This document shows, in pieces, positions 33,841 through 43,816 of a stretch of 64,000 nt of DNA (positions within the stretch are counted from its first letter, which is position 1; the number at the start of each line of letters is the position of its first letter). The notes under the pieces were generated by a model. That model did no database searches, was not told the DNA's origin, and was given only the letters and a program-made list of their open reading frames with translations. Source of the DNA: Acidobacteriota bacterium (GTDB lineage: Bacteria > Acidobacteriota > UBA6911 > RPQK01 > JADFOI01); the NCBI GenBank assembly GCA_036338435.1, contig JAYZCG010000040.1:13784-77783 (forward strand), given 5' to 3'. Made by a program: the position numbers and the translations under genes.

Positions 33841-34848
33841 GTGAGTATTAAAGTGCTATGGCCACACATTCGCTGGGGTGACGATTGTGCTATTGAGATT
33901 GAGGCTCTAGGTAAGGGAGTCACTGGAGAATTTTCTACGGATGTGAAAAAGGTCAGTGACGAGCAGTGGGCTACCTGTGACGGTGTTGTTTGTACTTTTG
34001 ATATTCCTGAAGAGTATATAAGTCAGATGAAGCGTTGCCGGATATTTGTAAAACGCACCGTCGGGTGCGACAACATTGATCTTGAAAGGTGGGGGAAATT
34101 GGGAATTCCTGTTTGTAATAATCCACATTACGGTACCAGCGAAGTAGCTGATCACACCATTGCTCTTATGCTAACTTTGATAAGAGGAATCAACTTTCAC
34201 AATGAACGTCTACGAGTCGATCCAGGCGGGAACTGGACCCGAACTCTCAACCCCTTTGCGAAGAGACTTTCTAACTGCATTTTGGGGATAGTGGGCTTGG
34301 GGAGGATTGGTACTGCTGTCGCCTCACGAGCCCAGGCCTTTGGAATGGAAGTGATTTATCATGATCCTTACAAGTCCGAGGAAAATGTCACGATCGCCGT
34401 ACGTCGTGTAAATAGTTTAACGGAATTGGTGGCCCAGTGTGATGTGTTAAGTCTCCATACGCCTCTCAACGATGAGACCCGTCACATGGTTGGGGGTGAC
34501 GTTTTTAAAGTCGCAAAACCAGGACTCATCTTAATCAATTCCTCCCGTGGAGCTGTTATTGATTTTGATGCGCTCTACGAGGCAATAAAAAACAAGATAG
34601 TGTTGGCAGCGGGTTTGGATGTGTTGCCAACTGAGCCAGCAGATCTCAATGATCCGCTCGTTCGAGCCTGGAATTCTGGGGAGAAGTGGATAAAAGATCG
34701 TTTAATCCTGACTCCTCACCACGCATTTTTTACTCCTGAAAGCGTACATGACATGCGTGCGTTTGCAGCTCAAACGGCTGCTCATTATCTACGTGACGGC
34801 AAACTTGAGCATTGTGTTAACAGAGAGTTTTTGACGTTTAGGCGCTGA
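33841..34848 (+). CDS. D-isomer-specific 2-hydroxyacid dehydrogenase (CtBP/PGDH-like)
   Basis: GTG start. NAD-binding GIVGLGRIGTAVA motif and the catalytic His region. 335 aa. Confidence 0.75.
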   Translation: MSIKVLWPHIRWGDDCAIEIEALGKGVTGEFSTDVKKVSDEQWATCDGVVCTFDIPEEYISQMKRCRIFVKRTVGCDNIDLERWGKLGIPVCNNPHYGTSEVADHTIALMLTLIRGINFHNERLRVDPGGNWTRTLNPFAKRLSNCILGIVGLGRIGTAVASRAQAFGMEVIYHDPYKSEENVTIAVRRVNSLTELVAQCDVLSLHTPLNDETRHMVGGDVFKVAKPGLILINSSRGAVIDFDALYEAIKNKIVLAAGLDVLPTEPADLNDPLVRAWNSGEKWIKDRLILTPHHAFFTPESVHDMRAFAAQTAAHYLRDGKLEHCVNREFLTFRR

Positions 34849-34924
34849 GATATTCAATTCGATAATCTGGCTTCGATCGAATATGTAAATGAGAGGAGAA
34901 GTAGGCAGAATAGAATGGTTGACC

Positions 34925-35305
34925 TTAGTTGTTAGACAATTTAAATCGATATTCAATATTTGTATCTACAACTAGGGCATACAGGGTGGCACCCTTATCA
35001 CTAATGATTACGGAGTTGAGGTGCCCATAAAATTGAGCTTTAGCAGTCCCCCTAAAGCCCTTAGCGAAATAGATTCTATAAGGTTCTCCAGATTCGTCTA
35101 GCAAGGCGATGTGGAAGTCGTACCTATCACCTTCATCATCTTTTATTCGATTGATGCTGACTTCAGTGGATTGGACTTTTTGAACAGAGATGTTTTCTAT
35201 GCGATTGGGAATCTCAACTGACTTCTTTGCTGCGGAACATCCCACGGGGACAAAGAGTAAAACAGCACAACAGAAGATACTTGTTTTCATCTTACTCAGA
35301 GCCAC
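34925..35305 (-). CDS. Lipoprotein of unknown function
   Basis: Signal peptide with a lipobox (LLFVPVGC|S). 126 aa, overlapping the upstream MscS gene end. Confidence 0.5.
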   Translation of the reverse strand: MALSKMKTSIFCCAVLLFVPVGCSAAKKSVEIPNRIENISVQKVQSTEVSINRIKDDEGDRYDFHIALLDESGEPYRIYFAKGFRGTAKAQFYGHLNSVIISDKGATLYALVVDTNIEYRFKLSNN

Positions 35306-36584
35306 TTTGCTTTACTGACGTTGACTCTTGTGGAGGTTTTCCAGCGAATCCTTTTTGGAAATCACTGCCTGAAGGGTTTTGAAAAACTCGCAAATCGAAT
35401 TCGGGTAGAACGGCAAGAATGTGATCGAAAATATCGGCTTGAGCCATTTCATAGGTGGCCCATTTAACATCGTTGCAGAAGACATAAATTTCAAGCGGTA
35501 GACCATATGCACCCGGAGCCAATTGACGAATGATGAAGGTCATTTCTTGGCTCACCATCGGATGGTTTTGTAGATAGGCTTCAACATAGGCTCGAAATGT
35601 CCCAATGTTGGTCATTCGCCTGCCGTTGGCCAAGCTTGAGTCATCTATATTGACAGACCGATTGTATTGTACGAGCTCTTCTCGTTTTTTTTCGATGTAT
35701 GTTGCAATATGTTGGATCTTGGAAAAGCGCTTAATCATATCCTCCGTACAGAATCGGACGCTGTTCATATCAATGTAAATTGAGCGTTTTATTCTACGAC
35801 CTCCTGATCGTTGCATGCCTCGCCAATTTTTAAATGATTCACTAATCAGCATATAGGTGGGAATTGTAGTGATGGTATTGTCCCAGTTCTGGATTTTAAC
35901 AGTTGTTAGGGTTACTTCGAGAACATTGCCGTCCGCACCGCATTTGGGCATCTCGATCCAATCGCCTTGGGCCACCATACGGTTGGCAGCTAATTGAATA
36001 CCAGCTACAAAACCCAGAATTGTATCCTTGAAAATTAGCATGAGAACCGCTGTTAAGGCACCCAGCCCACTCAGCAAATATAGTGGCGTTCGGTTTAGGA
36101 TAATGGAGAGCACAAAGATGCCGGAGATAAAGTACAGGATAATTTTCAGAATCTGAATGAAGCTTTTTATCGGAATTTCCTTGGAAAGCTCAAACTTTGC
36201 ATAGATGTCGTGAATAGCATTGAGGAGAGAGTCGATAACTAGAACACCGACAAGGGTCATATAGATAAGAGCCGCATTGGTGTGCAGTGTAGTTAAAAGG
36301 GGACTCCCCTCTAGCGCTAAAGGCATCAGTGTGTAAAGTACGAGTGCTGGAGCCAGATGGGACAGTTTGGAGAAAATTTTCCTTTGTACGAGGATGTCAT
36401 CTAAGTTTGTTTTAGAACGTGAGACCATTGATCTCACAATTGAAAGGATCACTCGTCTGACCAAGAAATTGGCCACAATACTTAGAAAGACAACGGCAAG
36501 GTAGGCAACAACTTTTGTGAGGAGGCGAGCTACGGCAATATCTACGCTCTGTTGAACTAGCCAGTTTTCAATCAGTTCTAACAT
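35292..36584 (-). CDS. Mechanosensitive ion channel, MscS family
   Basis: Several N-terminal TM helices followed by the conserved MscS pore/beta domain (ILGFVAGIQLAANRMVAQGDWIEM). 430 aa. Confidence 0.75.
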   Translation of the reverse strand: MLELIENWLVQQSVDIAVARLLTKVVAYLAVVFLSIVANFLVRRVILSIVRSMVSRSKTNLDDILVQRKIFSKLSHLAPALVLYTLMPLALEGSPLLTTLHTNAALIYMTLVGVLVIDSLLNAIHDIYAKFELSKEIPIKSFIQILKIILYFISGIFVLSIILNRTPLYLLSGLGALTAVLMLIFKDTILGFVAGIQLAANRMVAQGDWIEMPKCGADGNVLEVTLTTVKIQNWDNTITTIPTYMLISESFKNWRGMQRSGGRRIKRSIYIDMNSVRFCTEDMIKRFSKIQHIATYIEKKREELVQYNRSVNIDDSSLANGRRMTNIGTFRAYVEAYLQNHPMVSQEMTFIIRQLAPGAYGLPLEIYVFCNDVKWATYEMAQADIFDHILAVLPEFDLRVFQNPSGSDFQKGFAGKPPQESTSVKQSGSE

Positions 36585-36800
36585 CAGGCAACCTTATTTT
36601 ATCCAGGCTGAGGCGGCCATATTATGCTCACGATTTGTGAGAGGGCCAAGGTCTTTCGACAACTTTCCCGGTGGTGTTTTGGCCACATTTTGTGGAACGA
36701 AGGGCCGTATCAACAAAAACACGACTCTTCTTCTCCGACCACAAGTTATTTTACATAGTTTGGTGGCCGTATTAAAGATAATTGAGTGCGCCATGTTCAG

Positions 36801-37904
36801 CTATTGATAGACAGTTATAGAACTGGTTTTGATAAGTAGATAGACGGAAGAGCCTGGTTTTAAGTGTAAATCTTCGATTGAATCGGATGTCAGCTCAATG
36901 ACAACAGATGGGAGTTCTGGGCTAATTTGAGCAGTGATAAGTTGGCGGTGGTCCACTAATTTAAGATCTTCTATGAGTGCTGGGATACGATTTCGTGCGG
37001 AAATGTTTGAGGGGTTTTCGGTTGATAGAAGTATCTCATCTGCTGCCACGCTTACCGTTACAGAATGACCTGGGGGAATATTGACGCGGGGGATTGTTAT
37101 AACTATTGAGGAGTTCGTTGTATCTAAAAAGACAGTTGTGGTGTGCTGCGTATGCTCCTTTATCCGACATGACCAGATGTTTTCAAAGCCCTGCTTTTGG
37201 GCAAAGGGAAAGATGTCCGGTCGAGTAAGTACTTCGAGAGGTTCTCCTGTAGCCAGGATATGACCATCGTGTAATACAACCAGATCTTCGCATAGGGCCT
37301 GCAGTTCAATTGGATTGTGAGAGACAATTAGTATGGGGACATCAAAGTCGTCCCGCACTCGTTGTAGAAAGGGTAGGATGCGTTGGCGTAGCTGAAGATC
37401 CAGCGAGGCTAGTGGTTCATCCAGCAAGAGTAGGCGGGGGCCAGAGCAAAGTGCCCGGCCCAGGGACACTCGTTGTCGTTCGCCTCCGGAAAGGGCGTCA
37501 ATATTGTTTTCCAGCAAGGCATTTAGCTCTAGGACATCCACCACATGTTTGAACATCTGTTGGAAGTCGTGGCCATCGTGTAGGGCCCTACGTTTACCCG
37601 ATTCAAGATTGCCACGAACCGTTTTGTGTGGAAATAATAGATGGTCCTGAGGGACATAACCAATACCACGTTGTTCCGGTGATAGATTAATGTGAGCATC
37701 CGAATCAAGCCAGATAACATCCTCGAATTGGACAAATCCACGGGCCGGTCGACAAAGTCCGGCCATTGTCTCGAGCCAAGTTGTTTTTCCAGACCCAGAG
37801 ATGCCGAAGAGCCCAGTCACCCGCTTCGAGCTGGTGAACTGTGCTTCAAGAGTAAAGCGTTGCAGTGGAACTTTAAATCTTACCTGGAACCTATTTTTGC
37901 TCAT
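36801..37904 (-). CDS. modC: Molybdate ABC transporter ATP-binding protein
   Basis: Walker A (GISGSGKTT), signature (LSGGERQR), Walker B (LLLLDEP) and a C-terminal TOBE domain. Gene order is modA-modB-modC. Confidence 0.8.
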   Translation of the reverse strand: MSKNRFQVRFKVPLQRFTLEAQFTSSKRVTGLFGISGSGKTTWLETMAGLCRPARGFVQFEDVIWLDSDAHINLSPEQRGIGYVPQDHLLFPHKTVRGNLESGKRRALHDGHDFQQMFKHVVDVLELNALLENNIDALSGGERQRVSLGRALCSGPRLLLLDEPLASLDLQLRQRILPFLQRVRDDFDVPILIVSHNPIELQALCEDLVVLHDGHILATGEPLEVLTRPDIFPFAQKQGFENIWSCRIKEHTQHTTTVFLDTTNSSIVITIPRVNIPPGHSVTVSVAADEILLSTENPSNISARNRIPALIEDLKLVDHRQLITAQISPELPSVVIELTSDSIEDLHLKPGSSVYLLIKTSSITVYQ

Positions 37905-38599
37905 TATCGCTTTGTTGATTGGTAAACAGCGGGTTGTGGTTTTGACAATGACTCGGTTATATAAACTGTAAAAAATCCAACCGCCAAGGCGACAACTAGA
38001 AGAAAGTTAGCCTGTTGTTCATTGCCGCTTTGCTGAGCACTGAAGATGGCGGAGGAGAGAGTTTGAGTACGTCCTGGAATATTTCCGGCGATAACAACAG
38101 TGGCACCAAATTCTCCCATTGCTCGGGTAAAGCCAAGAATGATAGCTGCTAACAAGCCGCGTTTTGAAAGGGGAAGTGTGATACCAAAAAAACGGCGCAT
38201 CGGGCCATAGCCTAAGGTTCCAGCCATTAGCTCATATCGAGGGTTAACATTTTCGAAGCTCACCCGTGCTGTTCTTACTACCAGTGGTAAGGACATCAGT
38301 GCGCAGGCAATCAGGACGGCTTTCCAAGTCAATAGGACATCCAAATCAATACCTAGGGTGTCTTTGCCGAGTGGGCCTCGTTGTGCAAAGATACGGAGCA
38401 GTAGATAACCCACGGCCGTGGGAGGTAAAACCAGAGGGAGGCTGAACAGGGTAGAGATGATTTGTTTGCCTTGAAAATCAAAGCGAGCCAAACAGTAGGC
38501 TACAAGTCCTCCAGGGATTATCACTAGGACAGTGGACAAGCTTGCCCAAAGTAGTGTGGAGCGCACCGCCTCAAAAGCTGTTTCAAGTGTAGCTGGCAT
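37904..38599 (-). CDS. modB: Molybdate ABC transporter permease
   Basis: 231-aa permease with an EAA-like loop ([19 protein letters not shown]). Confidence 0.8.
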   Translation of the reverse strand: MPATLETAFEAVRSTLLWASLSTVLVIIPGGLVAYCLARFDFQGKQIISTLFSLPLVLPPTAVGYLLLRIFAQRGPLGKDTLGIDLDVLLTWKAVLIACALMSLPLVVRTARVSFENVNPRYELMAGTLGYGPMRRFFGITLPLSKRGLLAAIILGFTRAMGEFGATVVIAGNIPGRTQTLSSAIFSAQQSGNEQQANFLLVVALAVGFFTVYITESLSKPQPAVYQSTKR

Positions 38600-38611
38600 G
38601 ATATGGGTAGA

Positions 38612-39406
38612 TTAGATAAGAAAGCCGTGTTTTTTGAATATAATCTGAGCAGTGTCGGAGAAAAGAAATTTAATAAATGACTTTGCTATTTGAGGATTCT
38701 TTGTATTTTGAAGCTGGGCAATGGTATAGCTGATTGGAGGCCCTTCGTCGGCGGGAATTGTATAAATAATCTGGATCCGATCCTTTGCCGCTATATAGTC
38801 CGTTTGGTAAATAATACCCAGAATCTTGTCGGTGGCTTCAATCTGCCCAATTACGGCACGCACGTTGGGTGTTGGTGAAATTCGTCCGGTTATCGTCTTC
38901 CATAGATTACGATTTTGGCAGGGTACAGTCTCAAGCCACTGCTTGGCATAATGACCTGCCGGCACTGCATCGGGGTCGCCCAAAGCTAGAAGTTGAAAAT
39001 CAAGTTCACAGAGATTGGTCGCCTCATTGACTGTCCAAGTTGAACCATATTGGGCAACCAGCACAAGCGTATTGGAGAAAAGAGTCTTACGAGTTCTATG
39101 CTCAATTTGACCAGCCTTTTCAACGGTGTCCATCCATTTTTCATTGGCGCTTACGAAAATGTCTGCCTTGGAGGAGGCAAGTATCTGTTGGGCAAGAAGG
39201 TTGGTTCCGGCAAAATTGAAAACAAGATCCGCTTTCAACTGATTTTCGTAAATTGCACCAACTTCTGGTAAGACATCACTCAAACTGGCCGCTGCAAAAA
39301 TCATTAATGGGGGGCTAACAGTTTTCGGCTCAGTGACGGGGATGCTACTACAGCTAATGCCAATCAATCCAATGAATAAGGCGTAGATGGGGGTTCTCGT
39401 AATCAT
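38612..39406 (-). CDS. modA: Molybdate ABC transporter substrate-binding lipoprotein
   Basis: Lipoprotein signal (LIGISC|S). Type-II periplasmic binding fold typical of ModA. Confidence 0.8.
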   Translation of the reverse strand: MITRTPIYALFIGLIGISCSSIPVTEPKTVSPPLMIFAAASLSDVLPEVGAIYENQLKADLVFNFAGTNLLAQQILASSKADIFVSANEKWMDTVEKAGQIEHRTRKTLFSNTLVLVAQYGSTWTVNEATNLCELDFQLLALGDPDAVPAGHYAKQWLETVPCQNRNLWKTITGRISPTPNVRAVIGQIEATDKILGIIYQTDYIAAKDRIQIIYTIPADEGPPISYTIAQLQNTKNPQIAKSFIKFLFSDTAQIIFKKHGFLI

Positions 39407-39435
39407 GGTATGGGGGGGAGTATCCTTTCAGTTCT

Positions 39436-40485
39436 CTACTGTAGCTCTCCAGTTTGGTTGATGTGGTAGCCGGGGAGTTGTTCCAAATCCTTTTGGTAGG
39501 TGCGGGAACGAACCGCTGATAAGAGTGTACGGATGACAGGATCCGATTCGGTTTTGGCGGGAAAGCAGAAATCGTAGTTTTCTTTTCGGACTTTGAGAAA
39601 ATGTAGGCCCTGTTCTTCGGCCGGCAGTCGAACACAGACACCAGCCTGCGCTAAGCCGCTACGGATAGCTTCCACAACTCCATGGTGATTTAGGGCCTGG
39701 TGATGGTAGCCTTTTGGCTTTCGACGACGTCCCAGAATCCGATCGAGGCACTGACGAGAACCTGAACCTTCTTCTCGACCTACCCAGCGGAGACCCTCAG
39801 TCAATACGGCTCGAACGGATCCAGCTTTGATTGAAGGATCCAAGGCCAGACCTTCTTCCCATTGGGCTACTCTTAACAGGCGGAACTCTTCGTTCATAAT
39901 ACTTTTGGCCATGGTGTGGTTTTCATTTTGGTTGTGATCGGCTGACAAATGTAGACCAGCTACATGAATAAGGCCCTGTTCCAGAAGTTCAACTGCCTGT
40001 CGTGAGGAGCGAGTGAGAGGAAGAACGCGGAAATTACTCATGGCATGGATTCGGGCTGCTAGAAGACCAATTGCTGGATCACAGCCGGCAATGACTAGTG
40101 TCTTTTCAGGATCATTCGAACGTGTCCATTGGATTTGATTGTCCTGGTAGATACCAGTGTGAGGTAAAGTACCCGTTAGGGTCCACTCCGAAGGGAAGAG
40201 TAGAGTCTTACCCCGTACTCTTGCTTGCCAGAATCGACCGCTCTTGCGGGATGGCTTCCAAGCCCATTTGACGGGTTGGAGGGGTGTTTGTCTAAAGCTG
40301 AAGAGTGTCTCAACCGAACAATTGAAGGCGTGGGCCAGGGAAAGCGCGGCAGCGGTTGAGGGAACGACGCGTCCCGTTTCAATTGCACTGATCGCAGTTC
40401 GGGATAGCCCTGATCGCTCGGCAAGTTGCTGCTGAGACCAGCCTAAGCGGAGTCGATATTCAGAGACAGAGTGTTGCAAGATCAT
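39436..40485 (-). CDS. XRE-family HTH regulator with C-terminal PBP-like (PF12727-type) domain, putative Mo/W-responsive regulator
   Basis: N-terminal HTH_XRE (LGWSQQQLAERSGLSRTAISAIETGR). A ~270-aa periplasmic-binding-protein-like C-terminus. It is the first gene of the modABC operon. Confidence 0.6.
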   Translation of the reverse strand: MILQHSVSEYRLRLGWSQQQLAERSGLSRTAISAIETGRVVPSTAAALSLAHAFNCSVETLFSFRQTPLQPVKWAWKPSRKSGRFWQARVRGKTLLFPSEWTLTGTLPHTGIYQDNQIQWTRSNDPEKTLVIAGCDPAIGLLAARIHAMSNFRVLPLTRSSRQAVELLEQGLIHVAGLHLSADHNQNENHTMAKSIMNEEFRLLRVAQWEEGLALDPSIKAGSVRAVLTEGLRWVGREEGSGSRQCLDRILGRRRKPKGYHHQALNHHGVVEAIRSGLAQAGVCVRLPAEEQGLHFLKVRKENYDFCFPAKTESDPVIRTLLSAVRSRTYQKDLEQLPGYHINQTGELQ

Positions 40486-40520
40486 GACATTATAATATCT
40501 TATATTGATATTATAATGTC
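40486..40520. promoter_or_regulatory. Perfect 14-7-14 inverted repeat (GACATTATAATATC-ttatatt-GATATTATAATGTC), candidate operator/promoter
   Basis: The palindrome is exact in the sequence. It abuts the regulator's start codon. Each arm contains a TATAAT hexamer. Confidence 0.55.
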
Positions 40521-40606
40521 AAATATCATTTGACCAATTTACTTCAGCAGGATAAACCGTCGTCTACTACAATACTTGTAGCTGTCCAGAGGGAGAAGGA
40601 GGAGCT

Positions 40607-40969
40607 ATGGCCACACAAGATATATGTTGTACGATCGTTCCCTACTTCAAGGTTCACGAAGGCCAGTTAGAGATTTTCAGATCGTTATGCAAACAATTTG
40701 TCGAGAAGACTAGAAGCGAGCCTCAGTGCCTCTACTATGGCTTTAGTTTTGATGGTGATCAGGTACATTGCCGTGAAGGATATGAGGGGGCCGAAGCGGT
40801 TCTAACTCATCTTAAGAATGTAGCTTCTCTTCTGGAAAAGGCCTTAGCGATTGCCGATTTGACTCGTCTAGAGGTACACGGTCCAGAGGAGGAATTGGCA
40901 CGTCTCCGGGAACCCCTTAAGGATCTGAGCCCTCAGTTTTTTAGTTTAGAATATGGTTTTCGCCGATGA
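40607..40969 (+). CDS. ABM (antibiotic biosynthesis monooxygenase)-like dimeric alpha/beta-barrel protein
   Basis: 120 aa with an ABM-like pattern (VKEGQ.. / EGYEGAEAVLTHL). AGGAGGAG RBS upstream. Confidence 0.45.
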   Translation: MATQDICCTIVPYFKVHEGQLEIFRSLCKQFVEKTRSEPQCLYYGFSFDGDQVHCREGYEGAEAVLTHLKNVASLLEKALAIADLTRLEVHGPEEELARLREPLKDLSPQFFSLEYGFRR

Positions 40970-41095
40970 GTTTGGTAATGATATTTACTTCTCTTGACCT
41001 TGGTTTTGAGGTGCCTGGTATTATCTGCACTTATTTAGTATCTGATGGGTATGCTAGGCAATAGTTGTTTTTCTAACTGATATTAAGGAGGAAAA

Positions 41096-42967
41096 ATGTA
41101 TTTAATTCATGGCCTTATTTGGGTTTGTTCCGTCGCGGGTTTCCTCGCCGTCTCAGCCTATGGACAGATCTTGCACCCCCTGGTGGCGAGCCAGGGTTAT
41201 GCGGATCTAATTCTGATCAACGGAAAGGTGGTTAGCATGGATGACCGGACCATCGTTCCTAATACCCCAGGAAATATCTACGAAGCAATGGCTGTTAAGG
41301 GGAAAAGGATCATGGCTCTGGGGACAAATGCTGAAATGATGGAATTAGCCGGGTCGGCAACACAAACTATCGATGTGGGGAACAAAACCGTCCTTCCGGG
41401 ACTAATTCAGCCTCACTACCATCTTTTTGGCACAGCTGCGAGGCGATATGGACCTGAGTTTGGTCTGGTCGATCCTAGCGTCAAGTTGACAGTTAAGGCG
41501 GAAACTAGCGCTGAAGCAACTGCCAAGAAGCTAAGAGATACGGTTGTCAATGCCATTGAGGTACAGGATCTAGAAAAGGGACAGTGGATTACCGTTAGTC
41601 TTCAGGAAGGAGATGAGAATCGACGAGGCACTACATTTTCGTGGCTTTACCTGGGAAACATAAATAGAAGGCAGCTAGACCCTGGCACTGAAGACTATCC
41701 AGTTCTGGTCAAGACTGGACTTCAAGGAGTGTTCAACACGGCGGCTATGGAGGCTTTCAAGAAAGAATTTCCAGATTGGGCCGACCATGCGGATCTGGAA
41801 AACCCCTTTGGTTCTTCAGAGAATGGCTATGTCGCTGTTCCCGAGTTGGAAGGCTTAACCTTTGAGTTCTGGTGGAAGGATAAGCCCCTGAGGGATCTTG
41901 GCGAAGCCTTGCGTATGCATGGGAATGACATTCTGGCAAATGGTTATACCACCGTAGCCACCAGAATTTTGTTCCCACGGGTTGTGGCTGCGTTTCATCT
42001 TCTCAATCGGGAAGGGAAAATGCGCCATCGGCTTGCCTATTACATCGAATCACAACGGGGAAATTTCCTAAACATTAAGTCTATTCGTGAGTTCTATAAG
42101 GGAATGGGAGCTCCCTGGACAACTCATTCCTCAGGCCATGAAATGCTGTGGCTTAATGGGATGACCAATGAGGTTTGGGATTCTATCTATAACGAGGTGT
42201 GTTTGGGACCTGACGTGCCAGCTCCTCCAGAAATCAAAGCGCGGGAACGTTGTCCTGGACCCGGCAGTAAGCCTTGGGAGTCAGTCAAAGCTGGAATTGT
42301 CAATGGGTGGCGTGCAGCACAGGTTCATTCTACTTCTAGCCACGGCGGACGGCTCTATTTGCAAATGTTGGAAGAGGCAAGGCAAGAGGCTAATTTATCG
42401 GTTGAGGATATTCGTAATCTACGATTGACGTTGGAGCACAACGGTCTGTTGGGACTGATCCCTGATGTGATAGAGGGGATAAAAAAATACGGGATTATAC
42501 TAAATGTCCGAACTGATCATTTGGGAGATGCGAGGGAAAACATCAAGGACTATGGAGATGTACTGATTACAAAGAAGTTCACTATGCCCGTTAAGACCTG
42601 GATGAACGAGGGCATTCGGGTCACCTTCGAGGCCCCAGGATTGAATCCCTGGCTGGTTATCAACGAACTAGTGACTCGGATGATCCCGGCTGATGGGCGG
42701 GGTGGAACCGATTTGCAGCCGCTACTTGTAGATGAAGCCATAGACCGCGTTACAGCCCTGAAAATGGAAACTACCTGGGCCGCTGAATACATCATGGCCG
42801 AAGACACTCTGGGTACCCTAGAGGTTGGCAAGTTTGCCGATTGGGTAGTCTTGGAGAAGGATTTTTTTACCTTACCAATTGGTGAAATTCGGGATGGTAT
42901 TTCTATTGGCATGACCGGATTGGCGGGCCAAGTGGTCTACGAAAATGATGGGGCTAAAGCCAACTAG
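41096..42967 (+). CDS. Exported amidohydrolase family 3 (PF07969-like) metal-dependent hydrolase
   Basis: N-terminal signal peptide. HxH metal motif (QPHYHLFG). 623 aa, paralogous to the 55132-57060 protein. Confidence 0.7.
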   Translation: MYLIHGLIWVCSVAGFLAVSAYGQILHPLVASQGYADLILINGKVVSMDDRTIVPNTPGNIYEAMAVKGKRIMALGTNAEMMELAGSATQTIDVGNKTVLPGLIQPHYHLFGTAARRYGPEFGLVDPSVKLTVKAETSAEATAKKLRDTVVNAIEVQDLEKGQWITVSLQEGDENRRGTTFSWLYLGNINRRQLDPGTEDYPVLVKTGLQGVFNTAAMEAFKKEFPDWADHADLENPFGSSENGYVAVPELEGLTFEFWWKDKPLRDLGEALRMHGNDILANGYTTVATRILFPRVVAAFHLLNREGKMRHRLAYYIESQRGNFLNIKSIREFYKGMGAPWTTHSSGHEMLWLNGMTNEVWDSIYNEVCLGPDVPAPPEIKARERCPGPGSKPWESVKAGIVNGWRAAQVHSTSSHGGRLYLQMLEEARQEANLSVEDIRNLRLTLEHNGLLGLIPDVIEGIKKYGIILNVRTDHLGDARENIKDYGDVLITKKFTMPVKTWMNEGIRVTFEAPGLNPWLVINELVTRMIPADGRGGTDLQPLLVDEAIDRVTALKMETTWAAEYIMAEDTLGTLEVGKFADWVVLEKDFFTLPIGEIRDGISIGMTGLAGQVVYENDGAKAN

Positions 42968-43040
42968 TTTGAACAGGCACTTAAAGTACGGAGTTTGTAC
43001 AATAGAGATCTTTTTGCTATTTGGCTAGACTAAATTTTGT

Positions 43041-43730
43041 TTGTTTCGTGGAAATAAGAATAGCAATATTACAGACTTGTCCGGTCTTCGTATATTTCTC
43101 TTAATTACGGTTGTTTTCTGGGAAACAGGGTTATCAATGAGACAGGAAGCGACACGACGTTTAGATCAAATCTGGGTTAACTGGTGTGAGCAACGCTTGG
43201 TTAAGAGGATACTTTCCGCGTGTCAGTTGGAGCGAGGGGATCTGCTAGATGTTCCTTGTGGCTATGGTCGGTTTGCACCGTTGTTTGCTCGTCTGGGCAT
43301 CCGGGTTGTGGGAGTTGATCTGGATCCCAAGATGGCACTCCTAGCAAGTGAAATGCAGCTTGGGGATAGCAAAGAAAGGAGTATGTGCGCCAGCATTTTT
43401 GGGTTACCTTTTGTTGACGAATCCTTTGATGCTGCAATTTGTATTCGACTACTACATCTTCGGTTCAGTGGTGCACAACAATTGACGATATTACGGGAGT
43501 TAGCTCGGGTCTCTCGACGCTACGTGATCATTAGTGTCTATCATTCGACAGCCTTGCACAATGTTGCAAGGTTTTTCAATAGCACACCTGGACGGGTTGC
43601 GCCGATGACTAGAGAGCAACTGAGGAATATTGTTCGAAAGAGCGATCTTGAGATACGGTCAATCTATTCTTTGGCTTCCTACCTACATATGCAGACGTTT
43701 GTTGTATTAACAAAGAAATACATTAGCTGA
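43041..43730 (+). CDS. Class I SAM-dependent methyltransferase
   Basis: Motif I (LLDVPCGYGRF) and a post-I acidic residue (VGVDLD). The start may be the internal ATG at ~43136 (MRQEATRR...). Confidence 0.6.
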   Translation: MFRGNKNSNITDLSGLRIFLLITVVFWETGLSMRQEATRRLDQIWVNWCEQRLVKRILSACQLERGDLLDVPCGYGRFAPLFARLGIRVVGVDLDPKMALLASEMQLGDSKERSMCASIFGLPFVDESFDAAICIRLLHLRFSGAQQLTILRELARVSRRYVIISVYHSTALHNVARFFNSTPGRVAPMTREQLRNIVRKSDLEIRSIYSLASYLHMQTFVVLTKKYIS

Positions 43731-43816
43731 TGGTTGGGTTGATGGAGTTAGCTCATATTGTTGTGAGAGTGAGTTGATGTGCAGCGAACAGGACCTCAAA
43801 CACTCTGCAACATATT

